From positions 1 through 58,511 of the forward strand of contig VXMU01000129.1 of assembly GCA_009840945.1 (NCBI GenBank): a stretch of DNA of 58,511 nucleotides, given 5' to 3'. Numbering within the stretch: position 1 is the first letter of the stretch; every line of letters starts with the position of its first letter. This document shows positions 30,177-43,008 of this stretch, piece after piece. The stretch comes from Chloroflexota bacterium (lineage in GTDB: Bacteria; Chloroflexota; Dehalococcoidia; UBA2979). The position numbers were made by a program, and so were the translations under genes. The notes under the pieces were generated by a model that ran no database searches, was not told where the DNA came from, and saw nothing but the letters and a program-made list of their open reading frames with translations.

Positions 30177-30310
30177 TCACCCGCGACACTTCGACTCCGC
30201 GCGGTACTCGTCGATGAGGCGCTGACGTCCTCGGGGCGGGTGCCGGCTGCCCTGGCGCGCTGTTCGCCGTACTCAAGCGCGCGCTGCCAGGCGCGCTCGT
30301 CGTCGACCGC
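30177..30310 (-). pseudogene. Frameshifted fragment of a CopG/RHH-type antitoxin-like gene
   Basis: DERAWQRALEYGEQRARAAGTRPEDV, then after a 1-nt shift RLIDEYRAES; no intact 5' part. Confidence 0.5.
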
Positions 30311-30478
30311 ATCACGCTCTTGAGGCTCGTTGCACTGCATCCTGTGGGGTCCCCTTCGACGGCGGCGCTCTTCCACGATCTCGCGACGAGTGTGCCGCCG
30401 CAACCCGCGTTACTCCGGGGTGCACCACTGCGGAGCCCAACGGCTGCCATCGCGGCCCGCGCGCTCTACCATGTGCGC

Positions 30479-31564
30479 ATGGCACGCGCGCCCGAGGATG
30501 CATCCACCCGCGAGCCGTACCAGCCCGTCGCGTGGCGCGACGGGCGGCTGTGGCTGCTCGACCAGACCCTGCTCCCCGCAGAGACCCGCTACATCCCCCT
30601 CGACACCACCGAGGACGCCGCCGAGGCCATCACCACCATGCGCGTGCGCGGAGCGCCGGCGATCGGGGTGACCGCCGCCTACGCGCTCGCGGTGGCGGCA
30701 CGAACCGCGCCGTCGGGCGTCGCCGCGGCCGTCGAGGAGGCCGCGCGGCGGCTCGGCGCGACGCGCCCCACGGCCGTGAACCTGCGCTGGGCGCTCGACC
30801 GCGTCGCGGCGCGCGTCGCGGCGGCGGGCAGCGACGAGGCGGCGCGGGACGTCACACTCGCCGAGGCGCGGGCGATCCACGAGGAGCAGCACGACGCCGA
30901 TGCGCGAATGGCCGAACTCGGCGCTGCGCTGTTCCCCGAAGGCTCCAGCGTGCTCACGCTCTGCAACACCGGCCCGCTCGCCACCGCGGGCGGCGGCACC
31001 GCACTCGGCGTCATCGTCGAGGCGTGGCGCGGCGGCAGGCTCGCCGAGGTGCTCGCGTGCGAGACGCGGCCGAGGCTGCAGGGCGCGCGGCTCACGGCCT
31101 GGGAGCTGCAGCAGCACGACGTGCCGTTCCGGCTCATCGTCGAGGGGGCGGCGGCCTCGCTCATGGCGGCTGGGCGCGTCGACGCCGTCGTCACGGGTGC
31201 GGACCGCGTCGCGGCGAACGGCGACACCGCGAACAAGATCGGCACCTACATGCTGGCCGTGCTCGCCCGCCACCACGGCATCCCGTTCTACATCGTCGCC
31301 CCCGTCTCCACCCTCGACCCCCACACGCCGGACGGCGCGTCGATACCCATCGAGGAGCGCGACGACGGCGAGGTGCTGCGCCCGGGCGGCGCGGACCTCG
31401 CCGCGCCCGGAGCGCGAGCGCTCAACCCCGCGTTCGACGTGACGCCGGCCGAACTCATCGACGCAATCGTGACGGAGCAGGGGGTGCTGCGCGCTCCCTA
31501 CGGCCCCTCAATCGCCGCGGCCATCGCTGCCGCGTCGCCCGTCGGCGTCGAGGCCGCGCCGTGA
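30479..31564 (+). CDS. mtnA: S-methyl-5-thioribose-1-phosphate isomerase
   Basis: LLDQTLLP, MRVRGAPAIG, TRPTAVNL, CNTGPLAT, ETRPRLQGARLT, NGDTANKIGTY, NPAFDVTP. Confidence 0.96.
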   Translation: MARAPEDASTREPYQPVAWRDGRLWLLDQTLLPAETRYIPLDTTEDAAEAITTMRVRGAPAIGVTAAYALAVAARTAPSGVAAAVEEAARRLGATRPTAVNLRWALDRVAARVAAAGSDEAARDVTLAEARAIHEEQHDADARMAELGAALFPEGSSVLTLCNTGPLATAGGGTALGVIVEAWRGGRLAEVLACETRPRLQGARLTAWELQQHDVPFRLIVEGAAASLMAAGRVDAVVTGADRVAANGDTANKIGTYMLAVLARHHGIPFYIVAPVSTLDPHTPDGASIPIEERDDGEVLRPGGADLAAPGARALNPAFDVTPAELIDAIVTEQGVLRAPYGPSIAAAIAAASPVGVEAAP

Positions 31565-32094
31565 GCCTGCGCAAGGTGAGCACCGGCCGGATCGAGCAGT
31601 CCGGGTTCTGGATCTTCTCCAGCTGGAGGTTCTTCACCTCGAAGTCGCAGCACTTCAACCTCAGCGGCGGCGAGTACCGCCGCGCGACGAAGCAGGTGGA
31701 GGCGGACGGCGCGGCGCGCATCGGCGAGGACGGCGACCGCGTGCTGTGGTGGACGGACGCCGGGCTGTTCTGGGCCGACGACGACCTCTCCGGCGAGGAC
31801 GTCGAGCTGCTGGTCTGGGACCGGCAGCGGCGGCAGGACGCGCGGCTCGACCGCCTGCGCAAGATCCGCGCGCGCGACGAGGAGGTCGCCGGGGCACGCC
31901 GCGAGCGCATCCCCGACGAGGTGCGCGCGTTCGTGTGGGAGCGCGACGCGGGACAATGCACGCGATGCGGCACGGACGACGACCTGCAGTTCGACCACGT
32001 CATCCCGGTCGCGAAGGGCGGCGGCAACACCATCGACAACATCCAGGTGCTCTGTGGAGACTGCAACCGGCAGAAGAGCGACTCGATCGTCTGA
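31561..32094 (+). CDS. HNH endonuclease domain protein
   Basis: RERIPDEVRAFVWERDAGQCTRCG...FDHVIPVAKGGGN...NIQVLCGDCNRQK; GTGA overlap with mtnA. Confidence 0.9.
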   Translation: MSLRKVSTGRIEQSGFWIFSSWRFFTSKSQHFNLSGGEYRRATKQVEADGAARIGEDGDRVLWWTDAGLFWADDDLSGEDVELLVWDRQRRQDARLDRLRKIRARDEEVAGARRERIPDEVRAFVWERDAGQCTRCGTDDDLQFDHVIPVAKGGGNTIDNIQVLCGDCNRQKSDSIV

Positions 32095-32121
32095 CGGTCG
32101 GGTGAACGGAGAGGCGCGCAC

Positions 32122-33020
32122 GTGACCGCGACGGCCGAGATCGGCGTCATCGGCGGCTCCGGCTTCTATGCCCTCGACGCCCTCGAGGCGCCCGAGCGTG
32201 TCGAGCTCGACACGCCGTTCGGGCGCCCGAGCGGGCCGTACGTCGTCGGGACGCTGCGCGGGAAGCGCGTCGCCTTCCTCGCCCGTCACGGCGAGGGGCA
32301 CACGATCCTCCCGCACGAGCTGCCCGCGCGGGCGAACATCCACGGCTTCCGCCAGCTCGGCGTCGACCGGCTCCTCGCCGCCTCGGCCGTCGGGTCGCTG
32401 CAGCAGCACATCGAGCCGGGGCACGCGGTGGTGCCCGACCAGCTCATCGACCGCACGCGAGGGCGCCCGCCGAGCTTCTTCGGCGACGGGCTCGTCGCGC
32501 ACGTCGGGCTCGCCGACCCGTTCTGCGCGCCGCTCTCGCACCGCCTCGCAAGCGCCGCCGTCGGCGCGGGCGTCACGGCGCACGAGGGCGGCACGCTGGT
32601 GGTCATCGAGGGGCCCGCGTTCTCGACGCGAGCGGAGTCGGATCTGTTCCGCTCGTGGGGCGCGCACATCGTCGGGATGACGGCGCTGCCCGAGGCGCGC
32701 CTCGCCCGCGAGGCGGAGCTCTGCTACGCCTCGATCTGCTTCGTCACGGACTACGACGTCTGGCACGAGCACGAGGAGGACGTGAGCGCCGACCTCGTCC
32801 TGCGCGTGCTGCGCGAGAACACGGAGCGTGCCCGCGCGATCCTCGTCGCGGCGATCGAGGGGCTGGGCGACGAGCAGGCGTGCGAGTGCGGGAGCGCGCT
32901 GGCGTCGGCGCTGATGAGCGCGCCCCACCAGGTGCCGGCCGAGACGCGGCAGCGCCTCGCGCTGCTCGTGGACCGCTACTGGGGCCCGGCGGAGGGCGAC
33001 TCCTCCGAGGGGGGCGCGTC

Positions 33021-33024
<4 letters not shown>
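32122..33024 (+). CDS. mtnP: S-methyl-5'-thioadenosine phosphorylase
   Basis: IGVIGGSG, FLARHG, SAVGSL, EGPAFSTRAES, GMTALPEA, VTDYD. Confidence 0.95.
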
Positions 33025-36471
<3,447 letters not shown>

Positions 36472-36510
36472 CGTCTGCCATGGACGCGGAACGGCGACAG
36501 CAGCCGCAGA

Positions 36511-36545
36511 CCCTCACCCCAACCCTCTCCCAGGGGGAGAGGGGG
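36511..36545. repeat. REP-like palindrome
   Basis: CCCTCACCCCAACCCTCTCCCAGGGGGAGAGGGGG. Confidence 0.8.
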
Positions 36546-36565
36546 CCGGAGGCGAGGGCTGCACG

Positions 36566-37630
36566 ATGAGGGCGATCGTGCTCGTGGGGGGGCGTGGCAC
36601 GCGGCTGCGGCCGCTCACGCCGCGCACGCCCAAGCAGCTCGTCCCGATCCTTAACCGCCCGCTGCTCGAGTACCTGCTGCGGCGGCTCCACCTCCACGGC
36701 GTGCGAGACGTCACGCTCGCCATGACCGGGCCGAACGAGGCGATCGAGCGCACGTTCGGTGACGGCTCGCACCTCGGGCTCTCCATCGAGCGGGTCTACG
36801 AGGGGGAGCCGCTCGGCTCCGGCGGCGCGATTGCGACCTGCGCGGCGCAGTGGGACGAGCCGTTCCTCGTCTGCAACGGCGACCTTGTCTGCGACCTCGA
36901 GCTCGGGCTGATGATCGAGGCGCACCGCGCGCGCGACGCCGAGCTGTCGATCGCGCTCTACGAGGTCGACGACCCGACGCGGTTCGGCGTGGTGGCGCTC
37001 GACGGCGACCGCATCACGCGCTTCGTCGAGAAACCGCCAGCCGCCGAGGCGCCCTCGAACCTCATCAACGCGGGCGTCTGGCTGTTCGAGCCGCACGTCG
37101 CCCGCGAGCTGGACGCGACCCGCTTCAACCGGGTGGAGGACGAGCTGTTCCCCGGGATGGCCGAGGGCGGCCGCGCGATCGTCGGCTTCACCCACCGCGG
37201 CTACTGGGCGGACGTCGGCACCTCGGAGGCGTACCTCCAGACCAACATCGACCTGCTGCGCGGCGATGCGCCCGCCCTCGCGCCCGAGGGCTTCCCGGCG
37301 CTCCTCGGACCCGGCACGGAGGTTGCCGCCTCGGCGATGCTCGGGATGGGCGTGGTCGCGGGCGCGGAGTGCCGCATCGGGGCCGGCTCGCTCGTCATGG
37401 CGAGCGTGCTGTGGGACGGCGTGCAGGTCGGCGAGGGCGCGCGCGTCGACCGCACCGTGCTCGCAACCGGCGCGCGCGTCGGGGCGGGTGCGGTCCTCGA
37501 AGGCGTCACGGTGGGGCACGGCGCCGAGGTGGCCCCGGGCGAGCGGCCGCCGACGGGGATCGAGATCGACGACGAGACGGTGTTCCGCGACGGCGCGGTC
37601 CACCCGGCGGCGGGCAGCCGCAGCACCTGA
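36566..37630 (+). CDS. NDP-sugar synthase (mannose-1-phosphate guanylyltransferase-like)
   Basis: AIVLVGGRGTRLRPLT...PK, NGD, FVEKP, INAGVW, C-terminal hexapeptide repeats. Confidence 0.92.
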   Translation: MRAIVLVGGRGTRLRPLTPRTPKQLVPILNRPLLEYLLRRLHLHGVRDVTLAMTGPNEAIERTFGDGSHLGLSIERVYEGEPLGSGGAIATCAAQWDEPFLVCNGDLVCDLELGLMIEAHRARDAELSIALYEVDDPTRFGVVALDGDRITRFVEKPPAAEAPSNLINAGVWLFEPHVARELDATRFNRVEDELFPGMAEGGRAIVGFTHRGYWADVGTSEAYLQTNIDLLRGDAPALAPEGFPALLGPGTEVAASAMLGMGVVAGAECRIGAGSLVMASVLWDGVQVGEGARVDRTVLATGARVGAGAVLEGVTVGHGAEVAPGERPPTGIEIDDETVFRDGAVHPAAGSRST

Positions 37631-39045
37631 TGGCCGAAATCCGCTTCGGCACCGACGGCTGGCGCGCGGTCATCGGCGAGGACTTCACGTTCGACAACGT
37701 CCGTGCGGTCACGCAGGCGACGGCGCAGTGGATGCAGCGTGCCGGCCTCGCCGGGCAGGGCGCCGTCGTCGGCTACGACACTCGGCTCCACTCGCCCGAG
37801 TTCGCCGAGGCGGTCTCCGAGGTGCTCGCCGGCAACGGCATCGCCGTCGCCCTCGCATCGGCGGCCGCGCCGACCCCGGCGATCTCCCACGCCGTGCGGG
37901 CGCGCGGCGCAGGGGCAGGCGTCGTGATCACCTCTAGCCACAACCCGCCGGAGTGGAACGGCTTCAAGGTGAAGCAGGCGGTCGGCAACTCCGCCCCACC
38001 CGAGGTAACCGCGGAGATCGAGGCGGCGCTCCCCGACATCCTCGCGGGCGGCGCGCCTGCCGAGCCGACCGAGACATCACCGCCGGTCGAGCGCTTCGAC
38101 CCGCGACCCGGCTACGTCGAGGCGCTGCGCGCTTTTGTGGACATCGAGCGAATCCGGGCCGCCGGCCTCCGCATCGCCGTCGACTCAATGCACGGGGCGG
38201 CGGGCGGCCTCACTGCGCGGGCGCTCGGCGAGGGCGCCACGACGGTGCATGAGCTGCGCGGCGAGCCGGACCCCGCGTTCCCGGGCATGCACGCGCCGGA
38301 GCCGATCGCGCGCAACCTCGAAGGACTGACGGCGCTCATCGGAGCGGGCGGCTACGACATCGGCCTCGCCACGGACGGCGACGGGGACCGCCTCGGGCTC
38401 GTCGACGAGCGCGGCGCGTTCCTCAACCAGCACCAGGCGTTCGCGCTGCTGGTGCATTACCTGCTGGACGTGCGAGGCGAGCGCGGGCCGATCGTGCGCT
38501 CGATCACGTCGACGCGGATGATCGACCGCCTCGGCGAGCGCTTCGGAGTGCCCGTCCACGAGACCGCGGTGGGCTTCAAGTTCCTCGGCCCGAAGATGCT
38601 CGAGGAGGACGCGCTCGTGGCGGGCGAGGAGTCCGGGGGCTACGCGCTACGCGGCCACATCCCCGAGCGCGACGGCATCCTCTCCGGCCTCCTGCTGCTC
38701 GACTACGTCGTGCGCACCGGCAAGCCGCTCTCGCGGCTCCTCGCCGAGCTGTACGACCTCGTCGGCCGGCACGAGTACGACCGCGTCGACATCGCGCTCC
38801 GTCCCGAGGACCGCGACGCCATCGCCGCCCGCGTCGCGGCCGCCGACCCGCCCACCATCGCCGGCCTGCGGGTCGCCTCGAAAGACACGCTCGACGGCTA
38901 CCGCTTCACGCTGGAGGGCGGGTGGTGGCTGCTGCTGCGGTTTAGTGGCACGGAGCCGCTGCTGCGGATCTACGCGGAGATGTCCTCGGCGGAGCTGGTG
39001 CAGGCCGCGCTGGCCGAGGGGCGGGGCATCGCGGGGGTGGATTGA
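37630..39045 (+). CDS. Phosphoglucomutase/phosphomannomutase
   Basis: FGTDGWR, ITSSHNP, DGDGDR, GEESGG, RFSGTEP. Confidence 0.95.
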   Translation: MAEIRFGTDGWRAVIGEDFTFDNVRAVTQATAQWMQRAGLAGQGAVVGYDTRLHSPEFAEAVSEVLAGNGIAVALASAAAPTPAISHAVRARGAGAGVVITSSHNPPEWNGFKVKQAVGNSAPPEVTAEIEAALPDILAGGAPAEPTETSPPVERFDPRPGYVEALRAFVDIERIRAAGLRIAVDSMHGAAGGLTARALGEGATTVHELRGEPDPAFPGMHAPEPIARNLEGLTALIGAGGYDIGLATDGDGDRLGLVDERGAFLNQHQAFALLVHYLLDVRGERGPIVRSITSTRMIDRLGERFGVPVHETAVGFKFLGPKMLEEDALVAGEESGGYALRGHIPERDGILSGLLLLDYVVRTGKPLSRLLAELYDLVGRHEYDRVDIALRPEDRDAIAARVAAADPPTIAGLRVASKDTLDGYRFTLEGGWWLLLRFSGTEPLLRIYAEMSSAELVQAALAEGRGIAGVD

Positions 39046-39079
39046 CGGGCGCGTGGAGTTAGGGCAGACTTGAGTCACT

Positions 39080-39126
39080 ACCCCAGTTGGTTCGCTGGCT
39101 GGGTGCGAAGCCCCTTCGGGGGCTTT
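39080..39126 (+). ncRNA. Putative structured leader RNA: two UUCG-capped hairpins, the second terminator-like
   Basis: CCCAGTTGG-TTCG-CTGGCTGGG and AAGCCCC-TTCG-GGGGCTTT, downstream of TTGACG-17-CAGACT. Confidence 0.5.
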
Positions 39127-39147
39127 GCCTATGTCCGAGGTTCCATC

Positions 39148-39777
39148 TTGGCTCGCGTCAATGTCTACGTCGACGGTCTCAACCTCTACTACGGCGTAGC
39201 TCGCAATACTCGGTACCGCTGGCTCGATCTGCGGAAACTGAGCGAGGGGCTCATTCGTCCGGGCAACGAGATTCACCGAATCCGTTATTTCACAGCGCGC
39301 GTGACGGACCACGAGGCGAACGTCCGACAGGCTGCCTACCTTCGGGCGCTGGCGACAATCCCGAATCTCACGATCCACGAAGGGCACTTCCGCACCTATC
39401 CGACATCGATGCCACGTACTGACGGTCGCGGAATGGCCGAGGTGTACCGGACCGAGGAGAAGGGCTCTGACGTCAATCTCGCGTCACACCTGCTGTTCGA
39501 TGCATGCGCGCAGGACTTCGAGACGGCGCTGGTGATCTCGAACGACACCGACCTGGTGTTTCCGGTGCAGGAGGTGCGACATCGCCTCGGCGTCACCGTG
39601 GGCATCGCGTGCCCTGTGTATCACAGGGATCGGGTGCCCAGTCGAGAGCTTGTCGACGCCGCCGATTTCCGGGCCCACATCACCAGGAGGCACAGAAGGC
39701 TGCTGCGTCAGAGCCAATTCGCTGATCCGGTAATCGACGCCGCCGGCCGCGAGATCCGGAAGCCAGCCGCCTGGTGA
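39148..39777 (+). CDS. NYN domain (LabA/DUF88, PIN-like) ribonuclease
   Basis: VYVDGLNLYYG, IRYFTA, EEKGSDVNLA, ISNDTDL; TTG start chosen after GAGG. Confidence 0.9.
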   Translation: MARVNVYVDGLNLYYGVARNTRYRWLDLRKLSEGLIRPGNEIHRIRYFTARVTDHEANVRQAAYLRALATIPNLTIHEGHFRTYPTSMPRTDGRGMAEVYRTEEKGSDVNLASHLLFDACAQDFETALVISNDTDLVFPVQEVRHRLGVTVGIACPVYHRDRVPSRELVDAADFRAHITRRHRRLLRQSQFADPVIDAAGREIRKPAAW

Positions 39778-39781
39778 GCCT

Positions 39782-40615
39782 CTAGGCGGAGTGGCCGTCC
39801 CCATCCCGGCTCAAGGCGGGTACCTGCTCCAGCCACTCCAACAGCGCCCCGGCGACGTCGCGCCAGCGGGCGTCGAGGATCATGCAGTGCGCGACGCCGG
39901 GGACGATCTTCACCTCGGCGCCATACGACGCTGCCACGCGCCGGATCGCCGCGGGCCGGACGAAGTAGTCGCCGCTTGCGCCGATCACCAGCAGCGGCAC
40001 CCCGCGCGCCCGGATACGTGCGCGGTCCGGTCGCACGTAGGTGAGCTGCGCCATCGCGCGCGTGGACTCCGGACCCTGGCGGCTTGCGTACTCGATCACC
40101 AGCTCCTCGTCCAGCTCGGGTGAGAAGTTGAGCTGCCGCGCGAGCCGCCGCGCTCCCAGCAACCGGCCGGGCTTCCCGGCCAGGAGCGCCCGTATCGCCA
40201 GCCCCGGGTGATCGCGGGCCGCGCGCGCGGCCGAGAGCAGCAAGCCGAAGCGGGGCAAGGGCGCGAGCAGCGCCGCGGCCGGCGCCGCGTGCGTCTCGAG
40301 GTACTTCATCACGACCCGTGCGCCGAGGGAGTGCCCGACGACCACGGGGACGTCCGGCAGGCCCGCGGCCACGTCGTGGACATCGCTCGCGTAGTCGGCG
40401 ATCGAGGCCTTGGACAGTTGCTCGCGGCCCGCGCTCTCCCCGTGGCCGCGCAGGCTCAGCGCGTACGCATCAAAGCCATGCGCTGCGAAGAACCCGAGGA
40501 AGTGCTCGTCCCACGCCCACGCGCCATGCCCGGCGCCGTGTACGAACAGCAGCGGCGGGCGCTGAGCATCGTCGGCGCCCTGCCGGACGATCACTTCGAT
40601 GTGCGACGCCGCCAT
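39782..40615 (-). CDS. Alpha/beta hydrolase
   Basis: LFVHGAGHGAWAW, LRGHGES, GHSLG, AHCMILD. Confidence 0.92.
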   Translation of the reverse strand: MAASHIEVIVRQGADDAQRPPLLFVHGAGHGAWAWDEHFLGFFAAHGFDAYALSLRGHGESAGREQLSKASIADYASDVHDVAAGLPDVPVVVGHSLGARVVMKYLETHAAPAAALLAPLPRFGLLLSAARAARDHPGLAIRALLAGKPGRLLGARRLARQLNFSPELDEELVIEYASRQGPESTRAMAQLTYVRPDRARIRARGVPLLVIGASGDYFVRPAAIRRVAASYGAEVKIVPGVAHCMILDARWRDVAGALLEWLEQVPALSRDGDGHSA

Positions 40616-40658
40616 GATGCAGAGGCCTCACAACGGGTGAGCGGGGCCAGGTTCGGCG

Positions 40659-41060
40659 CTAGCGCTTGGTGAACTGCGGGGCCTTGCGGGCGCGCTTGAG
40701 GCCGGGCTTCTTGCGCTCCTTCACCCGCGCGTCGCGGGTGAGCAGCCCGTGCTGGCGCAGTGTGCGCCGGTACCCCTCGTCGGCGGCGACGAGGGCGCGC
40801 GCGATGCCGAGGCGGAGCGCGCCGGTCCAGCCGGTCACGCCGCCGCCCTTCACCATCGCCTGCACGTTGAACCGCCCGGCGGTCTCCGTCACGGCGAGGG
40901 GCAGCATCATGTCCTGGCGCTGCGAGGCGCGGAAGATCACGTCCTCCAGCGGGCGTCCGTTGACGACCACGGCGCCGTTACCGGGGTAGAGCCGCACGCG
41001 GGCCACCGCCGCCTTGCGCCTGCCGAGACCGTAGTAGTAGTGCTGCGCGTCGGTCGTCAT
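40659..41060 (-). CDS. rpsI: 30S ribosomal protein S9
   Basis: GRRKAAVARV, LTRDARVKERKKPGLKRARKAPQFTKR. Confidence 0.98.
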   Translation of the reverse strand: MTTDAQHYYYGLGRRKAAVARVRLYPGNGAVVVNGRPLEDVIFRASQRQDMMLPLAVTETAGRFNVQAMVKGGGVTGWTGALRLGIARALVAADEGYRRTLRQHGLLTRDARVKERKKPGLKRARKAPQFTKR

Positions 41061-41063
41061 CGT

Positions 41064-41810
41064 CTACTCGTCCTCGTCCAGCGGGTTCGCATCGTAGTGC
41101 GCCGCGATGGCGCCCGCCACGTCGTCCTTGCGCCACCCGTCCTCGATGGTGATGCCCAGCCGCTCCGCCTCGGCGTCGAGCTCGCCGCGGCGGTAGCGCG
41201 ACAGCGAGCCGGTGAGCCGCTCCGGGGCGGCCTCGGGTGCAGTCTCCTCGGCGGCCTCGACGGCGGGCGCCTCGGCCACGGGCTCCTCGACGGCCTCGAC
41301 CGTCGGCTCCTCCACCTCGGGTGCGGCCTCGACCGAGGCCGAGGCGCGCGCCTCGGCTGCGGCGCGCTTGCGGGCGCGCGCGCCGGTGCCGGCGTTGACC
41401 TGCGCCTCGTGCGGATGCTCGGGGCCGTTGTAGACCTTGAGGTGCCGGAACAGCTCGCGGCCGCGCACGTTGTGGGGGAGCATCCCGCGCACGGCGGTCT
41501 CGATGACCTTGCGCGCGTCCCGTTCCATCTGCTGCGCGAACGAGCGCTGGCGCAGGTTCCCGGGGTAGCCGGAGTGCCGGTAGTACGTCTTCTGGCTGGC
41601 CTTGTTGCCGGTCAGGATCACCTCGGCGGCGTTGACCACGATCACGTGGTCGCCCATCGGCAGGTGGGGCTCATAGGTCGGCTTGTGCTTGCCGAGCAGC
41701 AGATGCGCCGCCTCGCTCGCGATGCGGCCCAGCGGGCGCCCGCTGGCGTCCAGCACGTGCCACTTGCGCTCGATGTCGGACGCGCGCAGCCGGTACGTCT
41801 TCGTCGTCAC
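41064..41810 (-). CDS. rplM: 50S ribosomal protein L13 with a long C-terminal extension
   Basis: WHVLDA, LGRIAS, GKHKPTY, GDHVIVVNA, HSGYPG, RGMLP. Confidence 0.97.
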   Translation of the reverse strand: MTTKTYRLRASDIERKWHVLDASGRPLGRIASEAAHLLLGKHKPTYEPHLPMGDHVIVVNAAEVILTGNKASQKTYYRHSGYPGNLRQRSFAQQMERDARKVIETAVRGMLPHNVRGRELFRHLKVYNGPEHPHEAQVNAGTGARARKRAAAEARASASVEAAPEVEEPTVEAVEEPVAEAPAVEAAEETAPEAAPERLTGSLSRYRRGELDAEAERLGITIEDGWRKDDVAGAIAAHYDANPLDEDE

Positions 41811-42628
41811 CTCGGACCTCCCGCGCCGCTCGGCGCCGCGTTGTCACAGTCCCACGCCGGGACGCCCGGTGCGTAGCGCACCGCCTCCAGTGTCAGTCCC
41901 TGCGGCGGCGCGGTCGGACCCACGCTCGCCACCTCGCCGTCCACCAGCGCCGCGAACGCCTGCGGCGTGCTCGCGCCGGCGCCGACGCGCTCCAGCGCGC
42001 CCGCCGTGCGCCGCACCTGGTGCGGCAGGAAGGCGTCCGCCTCCATCGTGATCTCGACCGTGTGCGCGCCCGTGCGCACCACCGAGAGGTGGTGCAGCGT
42101 GCGCATCGGCGAGCGGCCGTCCTCGAGCGGGCTCGCGAACGCGGACCAGTCGCGCTCCTCGCGCGGGAGCAGCCCGGCGGCCTCCTCCATCGCGCCGTCG
42201 TCGAGGCGCTTGCGGACGTGCCAGCGGTCGCGGCGGCTCAGCGGCGAGCGCGGGCGGCCGTCCTCGATGCGGTAGCGGTAGCAGCGCGAGGTCGCGCAGC
42301 GCCGCGGGTCGAACGACTCGGCGACATCGGCGGCCCCGGTCACGGCCACGTCGTCGGGCAGGTAGTGGTTGATGGCGTCCCGCACGGTCGCGAGGTCATC
42401 GCGGCGGTTGAGGTCGATGGCCGCGACCTGGCCGCGCGCGTGCACGCCGGCGTCGGTGCGCCCGGCGAGGGCGGCGCGGCGCGGCTCCGCGTCCGGCTCG
42501 GCGTCGTAGGCGTAGACGGCGTCCTCGATGGCGCCCTGCACGGTGCGCCGCCCCGGCTGCAGCTGCGAGCCGGAGAAGTCCGTCCCGTCATATTCGACGA
42601 GCAATGCGACGCGTCGCAGGGTGTCCAT
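41807..42628 (-). CDS. truA: tRNA pseudouridine(38-40) synthase
   Basis: EYDGTDFSGSQ, AGRTDAGVHARGQ, FLPHQVR, TAPPQGL. Confidence 0.96.
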   Translation of the reverse strand: MDTLRRVALLVEYDGTDFSGSQLQPGRRTVQGAIEDAVYAYDAEPDAEPRRAALAGRTDAGVHARGQVAAIDLNRRDDLATVRDAINHYLPDDVAVTGAADVAESFDPRRCATSRCYRYRIEDGRPRSPLSRRDRWHVRKRLDDGAMEEAAGLLPREERDWSAFASPLEDGRSPMRTLHHLSVVRTGAHTVEITMEADAFLPHQVRRTAGALERVGAGASTPQAFAALVDGEVASVGPTAPPQGLTLEAVRYAPGVPAWDCDNAAPSGAGGPR

Positions 42629-42634
42629 GGGCGC

Positions 42635-42985
42635 CTACACCAGCTCCAGTCTCGCCATGCGCGAGCCGTCGCCCTTGCGCGGGCCCAGCTTCTGGACGCG
42701 CGTGTAGCCGCCCGGCCGGTTGGCGTACTGCGGCGCGAGGTCGTCGAAGAGCCGCTGCACGACCTTCGGGTCGTAGATGAAGGCCAGGGCCTGGCGGCGG
42801 GCGTGCAACGTCCCGCGCTTGCCCAGCGTCACCATGCGGTCGACGAAGCGGCGGGCCTCCTTGGCGCGCGCCTCGGTGGTCTGGACCGAGCCGTAGCGCA
42901 GCACGTCGGTGGTGAGATTGCGCAGCATGGCCATCCGCTGCGCGGTGGGCATGTCGAACTTGCGGCCGTCGACCTTGTGACGCAT
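42635..42985 (-). CDS. rplQ: 50S ribosomal protein L17
   Basis: [25 protein letters not shown]. Confidence 0.98.
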   Translation of the reverse strand: MRHKVDGRKFDMPTAQRMAMLRNLTTDVLRYGSVQTTEARAKEARRFVDRMVTLGKRGTLHARRQALAFIYDPKVVQRLFDDLAPQYANRPGGYTRVQKLGPRKGDGSRMARLELV

Positions 42986-43008
42986 GACTCGCTACCCGTT
43001 CCCGATCG

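Noticed and set aside
30330-30478. SAM riboswitch ahead of the mtnA-metK operon
   Set aside because: No SAM-I/II core motifs were found, and mtnA appears leaderless.
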